Assembly: GCA_000708835.1 (NCBI GenBank) | Contig: DF237371.1 | Coordinates: forward strand, 1-64,000 | Source: Klebsormidium nitens | Taxonomy: Eukaryota > Plantae > Klebsormidiophyceae | Length of the DNA stretch: 64,000 nt | Reading direction: 5' to 3' | Part shown: piece after piece, positions 60,801 through 64,000 of the stretch | Layout: every line of letters begins with the position of its first letter | Position numbering within the stretch: position 1 is the first letter of the stretch | Notes under the pieces: generated by a model | What the model was told of the DNA's origin: nothing | Database searches by the model: none | What the model saw: the letters and a program-made list of their open reading frames with translations, nothing else | Made by a program: the position numbers and the translations under genes

Positions 60801-63800
60801 GATGTAAAGTGGCCAAAGACGAAAGACAATGATCTGCCAGAGGCCGGCTTTGATATACATCCTGACATAAGAACGTGGAATTGGTTCCTTCCAGATGGTC
60901 CGGGGTTGCCAGCCCTTGAAGCTAAGTGTCAGGGCGCAACCTACCTTGACACCGCTCACTGTCTCCAGGTAGTACGCAAAGCGTTTCTTGTTCGCTTTCC
61001 GGACCTGGACGCGGAGAAACGCGACGATTCAGTCACAAGCATCTGTTCCTTCCGGAGCAAGCGCCCATCATCCAATAGCAAGCTCAATCGCCCACTCTTC
61101 TTGATGTATTTGAGCAGCCGAAGATCCGACGAGCCCTCCGGCATGTCGTGGAGTATCCAAAACCCGCAGACGCGAAATTGGCCACAACAGGGGCGTCCGC
61201 TCAATGGAAGGGCTGGACACCAAGAGCTTGAGAACGTGGACCGTTTCCAACATCAGCAACGTTATGGAAGATCCAACATCACATGGAAGATCCAACATTA
61301 CATGGAAGGACGAGCCTTTATGCGGGCCTCACGTCGCGCCACTGCTGCTGCAGCTCGGGGTCCTCTGCATGTTCGCGGAGGCCCGCCAGCAGGTCCAGGT
61401 TGGTGATCCACTTCTCAGTGCCCAGCCACGACGTGATGACGTCACGCAGCCGCGGGTTGCAGTTGGCCAGCCACCGCCGCTGCACGCGGACAGGCAAGCC
61501 GGGCTTGAGGCCGCGACAGAGGGTACGTGACACGTGGTGCTCTTCAACTCTGAAGGATGTCTAAGATTGGCTGTTTGCAAGCATTGCCAAAAGCGATGGA
61601 CCCTCAGATAATGCTGTCTGTTTACTATAGATAGATCCATTTTAAGAGGAGCGAGACATAGATCCTATGACAAGCTCTGCCCTCTTGTATTCATAGCCAA
61701 GGAAAATACTTTCTCGACCTCAATGCCAAAGGCACGAGCATGGTCGGTGGAAGCGAAGCTGTGAACCGCTCGTTTGTGGAGCCTCACCTGCGTGACTCCG
61801 TTGGTCTTGTTCTGGAACTTGTGTGGCCAGATGCCCACAAATTCCTGCGATGGAAGGGTAATGCTTTGTTAGGTGAGCTCCTGACAAGGTCCTCAGCGGG
61901 AAGAAACAATAGACGTTGTTTTTGGTGCGAAAGAGATAAGCGACGGCTTTGCAGAACTCAGGAAGCTGCTGTAGCTGTTCTCGTACTTCTGCACAGAGCC
62001 GGGGGCAACCAATCCAACCACGTCTGAACGACGGCGACCCCGTCTCCTAAGCACGGTGCCAAGCAACCCAGTCTGCGACAAGTTGTGCTTTTCCGAACAA
62101 GAAGCGAAGATGAAAGCAGTCGTCTTCTGGTGGTCGCTCGTCAAAGTCAGCTAGCGAGCTTCAATCAACTCTGCAAAGTTGAAGCGCCTGAAGCGCGTGG
62201 ATTCAGCAACCAAGTTTGACGCCGGATCGACTCTCCAAAGCGTCGCCTTCCCTCGACAGATCTGTCCTGTACAAGAAGCCCTACCTTGAACAGCGTGTTC
62301 TTGATCAGCTCCGAGTGGATGGCAGCAACTCCGTTGACCGTGTGGGAAGCCACCAGGGCCAGGAAGGCCATGCGCACCGACTGCAAGGACACGTGGCAGC
62401 GTGTCAGTACTTAAGGAAGCCTACTTGCAAAGCGGAGGAATACAGCCAATTACTCAGCAAAAGCAGGGCCCACCTGTTTCAGTAATAGCGACAAGGTTGG
62501 GATACCGGCGTCACTCTCTTCGGCGCCTCTGATTGGACCTATGTAAGAAGAGCTCTTGCAACGTTTATTGCCAGGATCTGTTGCAGTCAAAAGCCCGCCA
62601 GGATAATCTATGAGGACGTCGTTGAGGAAGCAGCAGCGCATTCCCGATATTGGACACCCTTTGCAGCACTTCTACACGGGCCGTGCACTTCAGTTCGTCT
62701 CAGACGGACGCTGAGTGCTCGCAACAGGGAAACGGAGCTGCGGGCGGGTGCGCACCTTGAACTGGCCCTCCTCGATGATGGACATGCGAGCAATCCTGCT
62801 GTAGTCGTTGCCAATCAGCTTCTTCAGCTGCTCGATGTACTGGAAGTTGATGTCGTAGATGATCTGCGAAAGATCGAGTCTGTCAGTCCACTTCATGCCA
62901 CTTAAGATTCTAGATGGGTTGTGCAAAAGTCCTCTCCTTGCGAGGAACAACAGTACGCTCCTCAAAAAGATCGCCCAGGAGCAGTTTCTCATTGGACCAT
63001 CTCCCTCACAAACCTCCTACAGCAACCCCTTCTTCTGAACGAGGACCATATGCCGGGGTCGCCGGCGGTGCGTGGCTGACCTGCATGTGGCGCGGCAGGA
63101 GCGACTCCATGAGCTCGACGGGCCACTTCTCCTGCGCCTCGGGCAGCATGGTGTGGTTGGTGAACGAGAACACCTGCGTCACCACGCCCCACGCTTCCGC
63201 CCACGGCAGCCCCTCCTCGTCCACCAGCAGCCGCATCAGCTCCGGGATCGCAATCGTCGGGTGCGTGTCGTTCAGCTGGAACGCGACCTGCAGGAGCGAA
63301 GGCGGGTGCGCTCGCGCTGTGATCCTTGCTTTCAATCACAGCTCTTCCCATCAAAGTTGCCACTTCCAGATTCAAGTATTGCGCAATCGTGAGCCGTCGG
63401 ATGCCATTCCATTGTCATCGTGCGTGTCGTTCAGCTGGAACGCCACCTGCGGGCGCGAACAAACGCGGGCCTGTTGTGTGAAACTCCTTGCCGGTTGTTG
63501 GCAGCTGCTTTTGTACACCGATTACACGAGGTGGATTTCGAAGCGCGGTGAACAGATGACGCGCTCGCGAGTCGTCAATTGTTCAGAGGAAGCGGGCAGG
63601 AGGATAAGAGCGTTCGGGGGCTCGAGGCCAAAATCTGACAGCAAGCTCGCCATAGAGTGCTCTACAGTTGTGCCAAGCAAGAGTTGCGACCAAAAGCGTG
63701 CCGCACGTTACGGGCGTCATCGCTGCCAGAGGTCGGATATTCGTAGAATTCATTCTGAAGTCGGAAAAGCACCGTTTCGTGGAGAGAGCAGTGCGCTGGC

Positions 63801-63923
63801 AGAGCTGCTGACCTTTTCGGGAAACATTTTGAAGTGGTCGTGCTTCTCCTTATACCGTCGGATCACGTCCTGCAGCGTGCCCGACACGAAGAAGTGCTGC
63901 TGCTTCAGCCGCAACTCCTTGCC
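57813..63923 (-). CDS. Alpha-1,4-glucan (starch/glycogen) phosphorylase, 5' part outside the window
   Basis: Exons encode [119 protein letters not shown], the PLP-lysine motif [24 protein letters not shown] and [19 protein letters not shown]. Stop at 57813-57815. Confidence 0.95.
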
Positions 63924-64000
63924 CTGCACGTAGCAAGCGATCGTCAGGGATGTAACCCTTTGCCTCCCTTTCTGACGAAAGGAATCCCCAAGTAGCTTTG

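Noticed and set aside
62914-63933. 339-aa plus-strand ORF, the longest in the track
   Set aside because: Antisense shadow of GC-rich phosphorylase exons and introns, with no recognisable motif.

Overview
Intron-rich eukaryotic nuclear DNA from a green plant lineage. GC3-rich short exons with GT-AG introns, an LHCII-type antenna gene, MRS2, DGAT3-like and SP1-like genes suggest a streptophyte alga, Klebsormidium-like (inference). About 13 spliced protein genes were reconstructed by hand: MCM2 (+), a divergent Lhcb (-), a secreted GPI-type intradiol dioxygenase-like protein (+), a METTL21-like methyltransferase (-), a membrane-anchored SAM methyltransferase (+), an MRS2 Mg transporter (-), DGAT3-like (+), TRAPPC12 (+), an orphan-domain RING protein (-), an SPL2-like E3 ligase (-), ZNHIT3-like (+), a tandem cNMP-binding protein (-) and a 5'-truncated alpha-glucan phosphorylase (-). 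There is also one weak candidate small gene. No rRNA, tRNA, CRISPR array or coding transposon was recognised. Most notable: (1) decayed duplicates of the 3' splice site plus exon start sit 110-190 bp upstream of the real acceptor in four introns of three genes, as a six-copy array in MRS2; (2) the Lhcb has Asn at the Chl a603 ligand, the red-form/Lhcb9-type signature; (3) the dioxygenase has a fungal-style cell-surface architecture; (4) an SPL2-type RING appears on an unrelated neighbouring protein; (5) a two-cNMP-domain protein has degenerate binding cassettes. Exon boundaries are manual predictions without transcript evidence.
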